Assembly: GCA_041653015.1 (NCBI GenBank)
Contig: JBAZGG010000006.1
Coordinates: 574 to 64,573 of the forward strand
DNA length: 64,000 nucleotides
Direction of reading: 5' to 3'
Source of the DNA: Bacilli bacterium
GTDB taxonomy: Bacteria; Bacillota_I; Bacilli_A; RFN20; CAG-826
Positions within the stretch are counted from its first letter, which is position 1; the number at the start of each line of letters is the position of its first letter. The notes beneath the pieces are model-generated. The model saw only the letters and a list, made by a program, of their open reading frames with translations, did no database searches and was not told where the DNA came from. Of the stretch, positions 1 through 10,745 are shown one piece after another. The position numbers and the translations under genes are program-made.

Positions 1-4
1 CATC

Positions 5-1885
5 ATGTGGATATTCCTCGTCCTATTAGCTTATTTTGTAGAAAATGCTGTCGTTTTTACTTTTCCATTTACAAGAGGTTTCTCCGTTGTGGAGTATTCG
101 TGTTTGTTCATCGGATTAATCGCTCTAGGAGCATGCTATGTCTTTTTTGAAAAAAAGTACAACGGATTTCAATTATCAAAAAAGGAGTTATTATTCGGCA
201 TTATCCTCTTATCGCTGTTGACTATTAACATCATTGTGATATTGACCGCTCCTGACGCTTCAATCAACGAATTTGTCGCGCCGAGCGGAATCACTTATTT
301 TGCAATTTATGAAATATCTGCTGCTCAGCGAGTGTATTATTGCCTTGCCGCCGTTATCGCTTTTGCTGTTCCGTTCATCATCGTGTGTATTTTGCCAAGA
401 AAGTTTTATTCCTTTAGCCAGTTTAACATCGTGTACTATGCTTGCTTAATCGTCGCTGGCCTATCGATTATTTTTAGCCTTATTTTTGAATTTAATAATT
501 ATGTTTTGTTCTTCACAAAATTTTCATCGATGCAATCGAGCGAATACGCTATTCAATCATTCTTCTTCAATCGCAATATCTATGGTTTATTCTTGTTTGT
601 CTGCATCTTCATCTGCGCTTATTTAAATTGTCGCAAACATCATTGGTATTACTATTTGATGATGGCCGTTCTCTTGCTCTTCATGTTCTTCACGCTCGTT
701 AAGACGACATTAGTGCTCGGCGTCGTCTTTGTTTTCATCTATTGCGTGATTCGCATCGTCACCACTTTCAAAGAGAACATGAAGCGCAACGCCATCATCT
801 CTTCGATTATCGGTGTTATCATCATCGCCGGAGTTACTGTTCTCATCTCTTCATATTATGTTCACGCCCCTCTTCTTCTTAAGATTAAATCTCTCTTTGA
901 CCGATTATTTATCGATGTCGGCCAATCGACATTTGCCTCGAGAACTGTCATCTGGAATTATTCATTTCTCATCATCGGTGATATTCCACATTTTATCTTC
1001 GGTCGAGGAATAGGGGTCTTCGATTCCTCCTTATATGCGATGACCTCATCTGATCCAAATGTTTTAGACATCACATCCTTCGCTCATAATTCAGCTATCG
1101 ATCTTCTCGGAAAAGGTGGCATTTTATACCTGCTGCTCTATCTCGCCTTGATGGTCTATGGCGTCTATTCCCTTTTCAAGATGGCGAAATATCATCGTTC
1201 ACTCGCTTTAACCTCTCTATTATTTGTCTTTATGATTTTAGTCGCTGGAATGCTCGAATGCTGGTATTTCTTCTCCTTCAATATTTCGAATATTTTGTTG
1301 ACCATTCTCGTGTTTGTGCCAGCCTTTTCCTTCAACTATCAGCAAAAGCACAAAGAGCAGTTGAGCAGCGGTGTTCAGCCACGCCTCAACCTGCCGTTTA
1401 AAAACGTTGTGAAAAAACCTTATTCATTGCCGCATATTCTGACCCTTTTAGGTCCGGTGATCGGTTTTGCCATCGGCTCTCTCTCATTCTTCGTCAATTA
1501 CTGGAACTTCAGCACTATTTCGCTCATTCTCATCATCGTTCAAATCGTCTTATTACTCGGTGCAGTTTTTCCGTTCGCTTTCTACGTCTATCATTCACAT
1601 CATAAAAAGGATGGTCACAACATCAATTGCTTCATGTTTTATGCGATAAGTTTGGTGAGTATACTCGCCCTTTCGACGCTTCTGTCTTTAATCCCTGGAA
1701 TAGTTGAACCGATATCACTTGTGATATTATTCGTCGTCACCTGCATCGTTTACTATTCGGTTATGATGATATTTGAGTTCCCATTCTTCCCATTTTATAA
1801 ACTCATAAATAAAATTGATGCCTTCGTGCAAAAAATCTTTGCTAGGCAAATCGCTAACGATTCAAAAGAAACTCGCAATCAATAA
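5..1885 (+). CDS. Polytopic membrane protein, O-antigen ligase / Wzy-type polysaccharide polymerase-like. It may be 5'-partial at the window edge.
   Basis: The 626-aa ORF has more than ten hydrophobic helices and a large loop region. It sits directly upstream of GT2 and GT4 glycosyltransferases. The frame starts at nt 5, so upstream extension cannot be excluded. Confidence 0.45.
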   Translation: MWIFLVLLAYFVENAVVFTFPFTRGFSVVEYSCLFIGLIALGACYVFFEKKYNGFQLSKKELLFGIILLSLLTINIIVILTAPDASINEFVAPSGITYFAIYEISAAQRVYYCLAAVIAFAVPFIIVCILPRKFYSFSQFNIVYYACLIVAGLSIIFSLIFEFNNYVLFFTKFSSMQSSEYAIQSFFFNRNIYGLFLFVCIFICAYLNCRKHHWYYYLMMAVLLLFMFFTLVKTTLVLGVVFVFIYCVIRIVTTFKENMKRNAIISSIIGVIIIAGVTVLISSYYVHAPLLLKIKSLFDRLFIDVGQSTFASRTVIWNYSFLIIGDIPHFIFGRGIGVFDSSLYAMTSSDPNVLDITSFAHNSAIDLLGKGGILYLLLYLALMVYGVYSLFKMAKYHRSLALTSLLFVFMILVAGMLECWYFFSFNISNILLTILVFVPAFSFNYQQKHKEQLSSGVQPRLNLPFKNVVKKPYSLPHILTLLGPVIGFAIGSLSFFVNYWNFSTISLILIIVQIVLLLGAVFPFAFYVYHSHHKKDGHNINCFMFYAISLVSILALSTLLSLIPGIVEPISLVILFVVTCIVYYSVMMIFEFPFFPFYKLINKIDAFVQKIFARQIANDSKETRNQ

Positions 1886-2787
1886 TTGTTTTGTACGATA
1901 TAATTGTCTATTTGTGGAATTTTATTCTCGTTAAATAAACCGAGCGATTTGTATAGATAATTGTTCAATGTGTTTCTTTCGAGGAGCAAAACTTTGTTTT
2001 CCGCATCGCGCTCATAGAAATATTTCTCGTTCGATTTAATCGCAGTGATCATTATTCCAACTTTTTCTTGTTCCGAAAACTTGTAGATATTCTGTGTGAT
2101 GCGGGAGCAGATAATCGATTGATTTATTTCGGATAAAAACATGGTGACATCGCTTTCGATTTTGTCTTGAATGCAGATTAATTCGCCTTTGATATTTAAA
2201 CCGAATTGGATCGTTCCATCTGTGATTTCGCTCGTATCAAAATTTTGACCTAAATCAAATAATGACGAAACCAGCTGCTGAGTATTCGGTCCTTTATAAA
2301 GAGCTCCATATACTGAAGAAACGACGCTATCCTTATAAATTTTGTAGATGATTTTGATATCATTCTCATCAAAAAATCTCAACTCGTAGATATTGCTGAC
2401 ATAGTGAACAGTTTGGTAGTGGTTATCAGTAGGAACGAGCGAAATATCGCTTTCGTTGAAACATTCCGTATATAGTTTATCGCTATTTGCATATTTGGTT
2501 CGGCTTGAAACACTCCTGCTCTGTTTCACATATTGAAATTGCGAGCCGAGTTCTAAGCTCTCTAAATAAAGGCTTTCTTCAGCGATCAAGGATTCGCTTC
2601 GACATTCTAAAGAATTAGTATTGGAGTTATCGATATCGGCACACAGTTGTTCAAAGGTGATAGATTGATCGACGATAGTGTTATCTATCTCATTATTTTT
2701 TGAACAGGAAACAAGGCATAATGAGACGAGAGTTGCACAGGCGATTGAAGAAAATTTTAATTTTCTCATAGGCAAAGTATAGAACAA
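1879..2787 (-). CDS. Hypothetical lipoprotein
   Basis: N-terminal signal peptide with a canonical lipobox (LVSC followed by SKNN). No recognisable catalytic motif. Confidence 0.45.
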   Translation of the reverse strand: MFYTLPMRKLKFSSIACATLVSLCLVSCSKNNEIDNTIVDQSITFEQLCADIDNSNTNSLECRSESLIAEESLYLESLELGSQFQYVKQSRSVSSRTKYANSDKLYTECFNESDISLVPTDNHYQTVHYVSNIYELRFFDENDIKIIYKIYKDSVVSSVYGALYKGPNTQQLVSSLFDLGQNFDTSEITDGTIQFGLNIKGELICIQDKIESDVTMFLSEINQSIICSRITQNIYKFSEQEKVGIMITAIKSNEKYFYERDAENKVLLLERNTLNNYLYKSLGLFNENKIPQIDNYIVQNNY

Positions 2788-2822
2788 AAAATATGTTTTA
2801 ACAAGTTAGCCCCTGTCATATA

Positions 2823-3755
2823 ATGTTAGAAACAATTATGGAAGAAATTCTCGTCTCAATTTTAACAGCTACCTTCAATCGCGCTCATCTCTTAAGAGAA
2901 ACGTTAACTTCTGTTCAGAATCAAAGCTATCGGAATATCGAATATATCATCCTTGATGATGAATCGACTGACAATACGAAAGAAGTGGTGGAAATTTTCG
3001 CGAAAAGTGTTCCTTTCCCTGTCCGCTATATCTATCACAAAAAATGCTATAAACATGGAGCGATGAATATTCTTTTTGCTGAAGCGAGAGGAAGATATGC
3101 GGTCATGGTGGATGACGACGATACGCTATTGCCAGACGCCATTAAAGACTTAGTGTCAATTTTTAAGTCGCTGCCGAATAAGAATGACTATGCTTCAGTG
3201 GTGGGTCGCGCCACGATTAATACCACTGGTGAGATGGAAGGTGAGCTATACCCCGATGATATCAATGAGAAGCCTTGGAAACGCTCTTTAAAAATGGCGA
3301 GAAAAATTTCTGGTGATAAGCTTTCGCTGATGAACCTCGATATATATAAAAATTATTGCATACCCACTCCCGAGGGAGTTAGTTTTGTCACCGAATCTGT
3401 TCTGTGGAATGAAGTGCTATCGCAGTATCGCGAATACTATACGAATATCGTCGTTCTCAACTGCACGAGGCACGCAGGCTATCATTTGAGCGCGCCGACA
3501 AAGAATTACCAATATTTTTTGAACTGGTATTTCTATTCTTTGTACATGCTCAACAACAAAGAAAAATATCCTCTGTTTAAAATAGATCGCTCTTTTCAAC
3601 GTTTGAATTATGCGGCATTTACTTGTAGAGTAAAAAAAGAGGACAAGGAAAAGTTTGGTGAACTGAAATATAAAAGCGATAGATTTTTAATCGCTTTGTT
3701 GATGCCGATCATGTTCTTTGTTCAATTAATAAAATATGGAAAACGCCAAGATTAA
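2823..3755 (+). CDS. Family 2 glycosyltransferase
   Basis: GT2 N-terminal fold motifs: ILTATFNRAHLL, YIILDDESTDNT, and the acidic DXD-like VMVDDDD. Confidence 0.7.
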   Translation: MLETIMEEILVSILTATFNRAHLLRETLTSVQNQSYRNIEYIILDDESTDNTKEVVEIFAKSVPFPVRYIYHKKCYKHGAMNILFAEARGRYAVMVDDDDTLLPDAIKDLVSIFKSLPNKNDYASVVGRATINTTGEMEGELYPDDINEKPWKRSLKMARKISGDKLSLMNLDIYKNYCIPTPEGVSFVTESVLWNEVLSQYREYYTNIVVLNCTRHAGYHLSAPTKNYQYFLNWYFYSLYMLNNKEKYPLFKIDRSFQRLNYAAFTCRVKKEDKEKFGELKYKSDRFLIALLMPIMFFVQLIKYGKRQD

Positions 3756-4872
3756 AGTTTTATATATTATTCCATCACTAAATTTAGGTGGCATGGAAAC
3801 TTTTGCTGTCAATCTGTTTAAAGCCATCGATAAGAATCGTTTTGAGATTCATTTTTTGCTCAATACCTATGGTTCGAAAGACTACTACTTGGATGAGGTG
3901 ACTAAATTAGGAGGAATCGTTCACAAGACCGATAAGGATATGATATCGAACAAATTTAGGCGCATTAATAAGTTTCAGAAAGACATCATTAAAATTATCG
4001 AAACTGAAAAGATTGATGTCGTTCATATCCACACCTGCTACTCACTCCTTTACATAGCTGCAAAAGCTGCGAAAAAGGCCGGATGCAAAACAATTATTAT
4101 CCATTCGCATTCGACGAGCGCAAATCAGGAGCGTTTTCTGGCAAAAGTGTTCAGATATCGCGCCAGAAAATACGCGACTAATTATTTCGCTTGTGGCCTC
4201 GAAGCGGGCAATTGGCTATTTGGCAAGAAATTCTTGTTCTATAAGCAATCAAAAATCATACCAAATGGCTTCGATGTGAAAAGTTATAAATTCTCGCGAG
4301 ATCAACAAGTTGCTCAAAGAGCAAAATATGGTATCTCTGAGAGTGATTTTGTCATCGGTATGGTCTCTCGTCTAGCACGCGTAAAGAATCATATCTTTAT
4401 GCTAAATGTTTTTAATGCAATCAAGGATAGAAAGCATCTCAAACTAGTGATTGTCGGCGATGGTCCTGAAAAAGAAAATATTCAAGCATTTATCAACGAG
4501 CACAATCTCGTTTCACAAGTTAAACTATTAGGGCTTAAGAGCGATGTTTCATCAATTCTCAATATGTTTGATCTCTATGTTCTGCCTTCATTATATGAAG
4601 GTATTCCTACATCCGCTTTAGAGGCTCAGGCCAATGGTCTTCCCTGTATCATAAGCGATAGGGTGGACGCTCATTCCAAACTCCTCGATGATGCTTGTTT
4701 CCTTCCGATTGATTTCGGTACGGATGAATGGGTTAAGCAGATCGATATCATTAGGCATAGCCCCAAAGGAATTAATATCCGTCAAGAGAACAACCAAGAA
4801 ATAATCGACAAAGGCTATGATATGGTTGATGTCGCTAAGCAAATTGAAGAAGTTTATTCTATTAACAAATAG
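3736..4872 (+). CDS. GT4 (GT1-family) glycosyltransferase
   Basis: C-terminal EX7E-type motif EGIPTSALEAQANGLPCIISD, typical of retaining GT-B glycosyltransferases. Overlaps the upstream GT2 by 20 nt, so the two are an operon. Confidence 0.75.
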   Translation: MENAKIKVLYIIPSLNLGGMETFAVNLFKAIDKNRFEIHFLLNTYGSKDYYLDEVTKLGGIVHKTDKDMISNKFRRINKFQKDIIKIIETEKIDVVHIHTCYSLLYIAAKAAKKAGCKTIIIHSHSTSANQERFLAKVFRYRARKYATNYFACGLEAGNWLFGKKFLFYKQSKIIPNGFDVKSYKFSRDQQVAQRAKYGISESDFVIGMVSRLARVKNHIFMLNVFNAIKDRKHLKLVIVGDGPEKENIQAFINEHNLVSQVKLLGLKSDVSSILNMFDLYVLPSLYEGIPTSALEAQANGLPCIISDRVDAHSKLLDDACFLPIDFGTDEWVKQIDIIRHSPKGINIRQENNQEIIDKGYDMVDVAKQIEEVYSINK

Positions 4873-4888
4873 TTTTCCTTTCCTTTTA

Positions 4889-4917
4889 TTGATTACGAGT
4901 AAAGTTCAATATATAAT
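4889..4917 (+). promoter_or_regulatory. Sigma-70-type promoter for tRNA-Leu
   Basis: TTGATT, 17-nt spacer, TATAAT. The -10 ends about 10 nt before the mature tRNA 5' end. Confidence 0.5.
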
Positions 4918-4926
4918 TTATTGCAT

Positions 4927-5014
4927 GCCCGAGTGGTGAAATTGGTAGACGCACTGGACTCAAAATCCAGCGAGTGTTGAACTCATACCGGTTCAAGTCC
5001 GGTCTCGGGCACCA
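4927..5014 (+). tRNA. tRNA-Leu(CAA)
   Basis: Acceptor stem GCCCGAG/CTCGGGC, anticodon loop CTCAAAA (CAA), long variable arm (type II), genomically encoded CCA. Confidence 0.85.
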
Positions 5015-5146
5015 GCTCAATTAATTTGAATTCATTCATTAGGTTGAATTTTAGGTCTGGTTATATGAAAATCAAGTGTTTTGTTGCTTATAATTATTTC
5101 CTTTGCTATGCGTTAATTGTATTAATTGAAAAATAGAGAACTTATT

Positions 5147-5656
5147 ATGAAAAATAAAATGAGCACACAAACAATTATATGCGTTCTGTGTTTGCCAATA
5201 TCGTGTCTCCTGTTTAGCTGCCGTCGGCCTAATCCTATTTTAGAACAGTACTCTGATTTTCTTCATGTTGAAAATATGCTCGAGTATTGTCTGACTTATG
5301 GTGTTTATAATGGCGAAGGCAAGTTTTATCTTGATGGTAACACTCGCTTTGATGATGTTGTTGTGGATGATGGGCGACTTTGTTCCGCTCTTTTATCTTT
5401 AAAACTCGTTGAAACGGCCGTTGATATACAAGATAGTTCAATGGAAAATCTGACAAGGCTAGTTAATTATTATGTTCCATTTGATGATTACGCGTATGTC
5501 GTAGTATATGAAGGCGACATTTTAGGTTGCGAAATTTATCCCGACCTATCCATTCCATATTGCAGATATTTCGATTTAGAAAGAGGAAAAGCGCTGGAAT
5601 TGTACACATTAGCGGTAGATGTTCGCGACGATGCTAATCAAAAACAAATCCATTGA
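5147..5656 (+). CDS. Hypothetical secreted protein or lipoprotein
   Basis: Signal peptide with LLFSC. The ORF in the track begins at a TTG (5126); an internal ATG at 5147 is the more plausible start. Confidence 0.4.
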   Translation: MKNKMSTQTIICVLCLPISCLLFSCRRPNPILEQYSDFLHVENMLEYCLTYGVYNGEGKFYLDGNTRFDDVVVDDGRLCSALLSLKLVETAVDIQDSSMENLTRLVNYYVPFDDYAYVVVYEGDILGCEIYPDLSIPYCRYFDLERGKALELYTLAVDVRDDANQKQIH

Positions 5657-7467
5657 TCATATGTTAATTTTTCTCAACAGTATGTCCGTTTATTCACTTG
5701 ATGCATTGCATTAGAATTGACAATAAATAACTTATAATTCTTCGAAGACCATTGACTTTGAATAGCTATAATTTTCAAATTATTAAAATCGTCTCTGCAA
5801 CGCGTAATCCGCATCAATCGTTTAATATTACGGATTTCTTCATATTAATATGAAAGTATCGTGAAGGTGTCGAAAACGTAATGGTTTTACAACTTTAAGG
5901 AATTGAACTTGCTAGGTTAACAAATTGGCTAATGTTAATCGCACATGAAGGTAGTGGTCGTGTAATTTCATGCAAGTTCATCACATTATAAAAGTTATGA
6001 TGATGGACGTTGACGATTAAAAGCGTTATTAACTTACAAACTATATCTCGTTCTTACATATACCATTACACATGAAAACATAACTTGTGAATGACTTAGA
6101 ATTAACGAAACTAAGTTTGATAAAAAGAAACTTTTTCGTCGTATTAATTTCTTTCTTTGATGCGTTATTATATATATGAAAACGATGGTATTTTTGTATA
6201 CTAATTTCTATTTCGAAATCCACCAAATGATTTTGTGATAGAGTTACTCAAAAAGGACGTTCATTGTTTTCCTTCTCAACTGGTTATTAACGAATTACAA
6301 AGCTAAAACAAGAGAAGAATAATTAGTTCGTATGAACAAATTAAAGAGGCATTAAAAAACAAATACTGCGACATATAGTTTAGCATCGAGAGCAAAACAG
6401 ATGCTGACAAAGCTTGTATTGAAAGTGACAAAGAGATTACTCATAACATGAAATTATTATCGACATGCAAGATTAACAAACCATGATTGACGCACTATTT
6501 TGTAGAAACGCTGTGAAAATTCCTCTGTTTGAAAAAAACGAAAAAGCAAGATATAAATGGTTCAACGATACCCATTATCTGGGTTATTTTTTTGAATTAT
6601 TGTTTGACATATAAAATGATTTCAAAAACTACATTTTTATTACTTTGGACAATTGTTTTTGAATCATCATCAAAACTAGAATGTGAATTCAAGAAAATTG
6701 TAGACAGAAATATTGAAATTTTATCGTTCGGCTCAGTTCAGAAATCATTAAAATGCTTCTCAATTGAAGAAAGAATAGATTCCGAAGTTGTCACGAGGAA
6801 GGATTTGTCCCAAGAAATTTGAAAGTTATTGAAATTAACGAAAATATATCAACTTAATTTCACGATTGTATTTTCAATTTATTTTCTTCAGAAATTGAAA
6901 TATCTTGGGAGAAAAATTTCGAAAACAATATTACCATATATAAAGCATCTTTCGATGACATTATTTGCCAACTTTCTCTATCAAAAAAAATCAGCTTGCA
7001 TTTTTTCTCATGTTAATTTAGCGAATTAATTGAACGAAATGGAAATTGAAGTAAAACTATTTATTTAATCGAAATTAAAGTTTTCAATAATTTCATATCA
7101 TTATGAGAAAAAGCAAAAAAACAACGGGCAATCTTTGTTGGTTCCTTTTATTGAATATTTCGAAGCCACAATCAATCAATCCCTCAAGCCTAAAGAACTA
7201 GTGTAAGACACAGATGATCCACCATTTTAATCTCTGATATATATTTGATTAATCTAGTTCAAAAACTGCACCAATCCACATTTAATCAAAGATTTCGATT
7301 TTTTAAAATCTCCAATTGTGTTTTTGACATTTTTGACTATTCAGAGAAACTTTGCATCGGCGTATATATGGGTGCTAAACATATTATTCTGCAAGTAATG
7401 CGATGAATAATGCGATACTCTCTTTTCTCTTGCAAATTTGTTATATACTATTTATAAGGATTGATAT

Positions 7468-8838
7468 ATGTTTTCAAAATATAAAAGTATTCATGAAGCG
7501 ATGCTGTTGGTTTATGAAGAATTAGAGAAAATAATTAAAAAGAACAAAATTACGGAGATATCAAGATCAAAGGAAATCGAAATAATTTGGAACTCGCTTT
7601 GTTTATCTTTTAGTTCCTATGCCCGTGATATTAACGTTTTTTTAGAGAATCTTGATAAAACGTATGATTCAGTAATGCCAAAATATGACTTTTTGGTGGC
7701 ATTTCTGTGGTTCTATGATAAAGAACGTTTATTCGCTCCTTTGAATGACAAGTTTAAATATAAAAATTTGGCATTCTCAGGCACCTATAGCAAAAGCACT
7801 ATTGAAGAAGGAATTCGAATTCGTGATTACTTCATTTTGCCAATAATTCATAGTGAAATAAAGGGCAAACTTATTAACAATTACGAAAAAATTGTTAGCA
7901 AAACCGTTCACGAGAAAAATATCATAAATAGATTTCTATTGAATTATTCAATTGTAAAAAACAAAGATAATCTGATTTCTTTGAAAACAATTGAGATGCA
8001 CAAATTTGTTGAGCGTATCAAAAGTAATGGATTGAAAGTAGCTCTAAATCCTATAGCATATAAAAACTTTGAATACTATTTTACGATGATAACTCACGTG
8101 AATCCATGCCCGTCTTTCTCCGTGAAAGTTGTTGAAGACCATGAAAAAGAATTAATTAATGTTTTTTCAGATTCATTGAACAAAAGCGTGGCCAAGGGTG
8201 TTGATCTTATTATATTTCCCGAAATGCATTTGACTACAAAATTGCTTGAGCAAATACCATCTATGATAAAGTACTTGAAAATAGAAAGACAAAGTTTAAT
8301 CATGGTAGGTACTCTATCGAATGAAACCTCCAACATGGCTTATTTATTTGATAACTATGGTAATTTAGTTTTAAAACAAAAAAAATATGGACAGTTTCTT
8401 TTGAGGGATCCTAATAATATAAACATCTCTTATGTCGAGGGCAGAGAATGGAATGATGCCGAAGATGTTTTGCTAGCTTTGCTAGACATAGTTGATTTCG
8501 GAAGAATGTCAATTTTTATTTGCAAAGATATTTATGAACCTAAAAAAAAGGATGCATTAATCAATTGTTCGGTTGATTTTCTTTTAATGCCATCATATTC
8601 TGAATCAAATTCAATCTCTGATTGTTTAAATGACTTAGCAAAATCGAGGGTAATTAGTTTTTTTGTGAATTCTTTTAATGCTTTTCTAAAAAAGAAAGAA
8701 AACATCGAAAAAATTCTTGGCAAAGTTGTATTGCCGTATTGGGATGAATGGCACAAGCAGAAATTTGTTGAGCATGTTTTGAATCCAAAAATCACGCGAA
8801 TTGAAAGAGGCAGCCTGACTATCGATTTAATTCTTTGA
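7468..8838 (+). CDS. Two-domain protein: an unknown N-terminal domain of about 230 aa fused to a carbon-nitrogen hydrolase (nitrilase-superfamily) domain
   Basis: The C-terminal half carries the E-K-C catalytic triad context of CN-hydrolases: DLIIFPEM (Glu), LVLKQKKYGQF (Lys), MSIFICKDIYEP (Cys). The N-terminal half has no recognisable motif. Confidence 0.55.
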   Translation: MFSKYKSIHEAMLLVYEELEKIIKKNKITEISRSKEIEIIWNSLCLSFSSYARDINVFLENLDKTYDSVMPKYDFLVAFLWFYDKERLFAPLNDKFKYKNLAFSGTYSKSTIEEGIRIRDYFILPIIHSEIKGKLINNYEKIVSKTVHEKNIINRFLLNYSIVKNKDNLISLKTIEMHKFVERIKSNGLKVALNPIAYKNFEYYFTMITHVNPCPSFSVKVVEDHEKELINVFSDSLNKSVAKGVDLIIFPEMHLTTKLLEQIPSMIKYLKIERQSLIMVGTLSNETSNMAYLFDNYGNLVLKQKKYGQFLLRDPNNINISYVEGREWNDAEDVLLALLDIVDFGRMSIFICKDIYEPKKKDALINCSVDFLLMPSYSESNSISDCLNDLAKSRVISFFVNSFNAFLKKKENIEKILGKVVLPYWDEWHKQKFVEHVLNPKITRIERGSLTIDLIL

Positions 8839-8940
8839 CTCTTTTCCACATATCCTATATTGCATTTATTTGAAATCTATGATTGTTCATGATATTATTA
8901 CAATGTGAATGAACAATGATGAACTAATGAGGAAAAGAAT

Positions 8941-9669
8941 ATGACGAGAGTAAAAATTGATTTAAATAGAAAAATTGATGTATTAAGACAAAGAGTTTTG
9001 GATTTTGTGCTATTGGATAAGAGAGACAGCGACGCTGATTATGAAAAACTCGTCTACTCTATTCAAGAGATTGAATTAAGCCGAGATGACGAGTTCGAGA
9101 AAGGCTACCTAAAATGCTTAGCTGATATATTGACCGCAAAAGATATTTTCGATACGGATACAAAGATTTTTGTTGACATTAGCAAACACCAGAATTCTGC
9201 AGCACTTGTTAGTTTATTGGCAGAGCATAATTCTCTTGGGCATCAAGAACTTGCAGAAAAACTTAAATTGTCCAAACAAGGACTCTCCAATCTTATAAAA
9301 GCTTTGTCCGAAACAAGAATTACTGACGAATGGAAAGTAGGAAGAAGCAAAATTTATTCTTTGACAAAAAAAGGTTTCTTGTTTTTGGAATGGTATGATT
9401 TGAATAATAAGAAATTATTGTTGGAGAAAAACAGCGCGTGGTTTGAATGGTTGAAAGATAAATTTGAGCCGTCTGCTGTTGTCGATAATCACGTCCCAAA
9501 TTTTGCAAAAGTTGAACCAGATAAGAGTTTTATTAACGCTAAGTGTGTGCTTAATCGAATTATAGAAAATGAGAATTCGCAAATTATTGATATTAGGGGT
9601 CAAGATTCAACGTTATATAAAGATGGTAATAAATTGCTGCTTAGTATGGCTTTGGGAGGAGAAAGATGA
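8941..9669 (+). CDS. Winged-helix (MarR/PadR-like) DNA-binding protein
   Basis: Central HTH segment LGHQELAEKLKLSKQGLSNLIKALSE, followed by a wing (WKVGRSKIYSLTKKG). Overlaps the downstream GIY-YIG gene by 4 nt. Confidence 0.5.
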   Translation: MTRVKIDLNRKIDVLRQRVLDFVLLDKRDSDADYEKLVYSIQEIELSRDDEFEKGYLKCLADILTAKDIFDTDTKIFVDISKHQNSAALVSLLAEHNSLGHQELAEKLKLSKQGLSNLIKALSETRITDEWKVGRSKIYSLTKKGFLFLEWYDLNNKKLLLEKNSAWFEWLKDKFEPSAVVDNHVPNFAKVEPDKSFINAKCVLNRIIENENSQIIDIRGQDSTLYKDGNKLLLSMALGGER

Positions 9670-10094
9670 AACAAGAATACTATTTAAAATTTAATGATTA
9701 TGTCGAGAATCCAAAAAATCTTCCAAGTGTGTCAGGAATATATTTAATTCGTAAGACAAAAAGAAAAAATGACGGGACCTTATCAGTTGAGTTATTGTAC
9801 GTAGGCAAAGCAGAAAACTTGAATGATAGATTTTCAGATCCAAACAAACACGAAGGATATGTCAAAGCTCAAAAATTATGTTCAAATTCAAAAGATAATT
9901 CGTATGTTTCAATTTCGTATGCCGAATGCCCAAAAAATAGTCTTGATAGAGTTGAGGCTTGTCTCATTTATACTAGCAAACCCAAACTCAACACTTTTAA
10001 TACAAAAACATTTGATTACGATGCAACCACTGTGTATGTTGGCGGTATAAGAAAGTCGAGCCTTGATAATATTAATGTCGCACAAAAAAAATAG
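9666..10094 (+). CDS. GIY-YIG domain nuclease
   Basis: GIY-YIG motifs SGIYLIR ... LYVGKAENLNDRF ... conserved Glu (VEACLIY) ... Asn. The 142-aa size is typical of standalone GIY-YIG effectors. Confidence 0.6.
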   Translation: MKQEYYLKFNDYVENPKNLPSVSGIYLIRKTKRKNDGTLSVELLYVGKAENLNDRFSDPNKHEGYVKAQKLCSNSKDNSYVSISYAECPKNSLDRVEACLIYTSKPKLNTFNTKTFDYDATTVYVGGIRKSSLDNINVAQKK

Positions 10095-10745
10095 CGTCAA
10101 ATACGTAGCTCTGTTCTATATTACTTGTGCTGTATCCATCTTTTATTTTTGAAAATAAGCACATTTTTGATTCCAAATCGTTTTTTTAAGTAAATTCTTT
10201 TTTTGTTTTATATTGATTTTATACTAATTGTGCACCGAAAAGTTTCTTATAAATGATGTTAGTCAACCTATCAAGAAAATTAGGAATGCGGAATAAAACT
10301 AATTTACTGGATTGAATTGAGATAACTCATCCCGTTTAATGCGATTTAATAAAATCGCAAAGTGCGTATGAAAAATCTAGAATCGTCTTGATTGAAATCA
10401 TCAAAACTGTCAAACGTACATTAAGAATTTTTTCAAACATACACTGAAACCTTAAAGAAGAGTGAAACTTTGAGTAGAATGTTTGTGCTAATGTGTTAGC
10501 GTTTGTGAAAGAAAATGGATAATGAAACCCATGAGTCTATTGCTAATAATAATTGCAATCTAACTTTTTAATTAAGTAGATTGAGTCGACAACAAACCTT
10601 TAAGAAAATGATTTTTCGATGCAACAATATAAAGAAAAATAGTGGGGAGTCGTTGTTTTTTATTTGGATGTTTTCGTCACTATGTTAAAATAACATTCAA
10701 TATCATCACGAATAATTTATACAACTCAAAAGAAGGGATTTAGAT

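Noticed and set aside
813-1649. Nested ORFs 813-1013 and 1467-1649
   Set aside because: Both lie entirely within, and out of frame with, the 626-aa membrane protein ORF.
6529-7029. Small ORFs 6529-6822 and 6829-7029 in the AT-rich gap
   Set aside because: No RBS. Low-complexity Lys/Ile/Phe-rich translations as expected from AT-rich noncoding DNA. Kept only as part of the non-coding-region finding.
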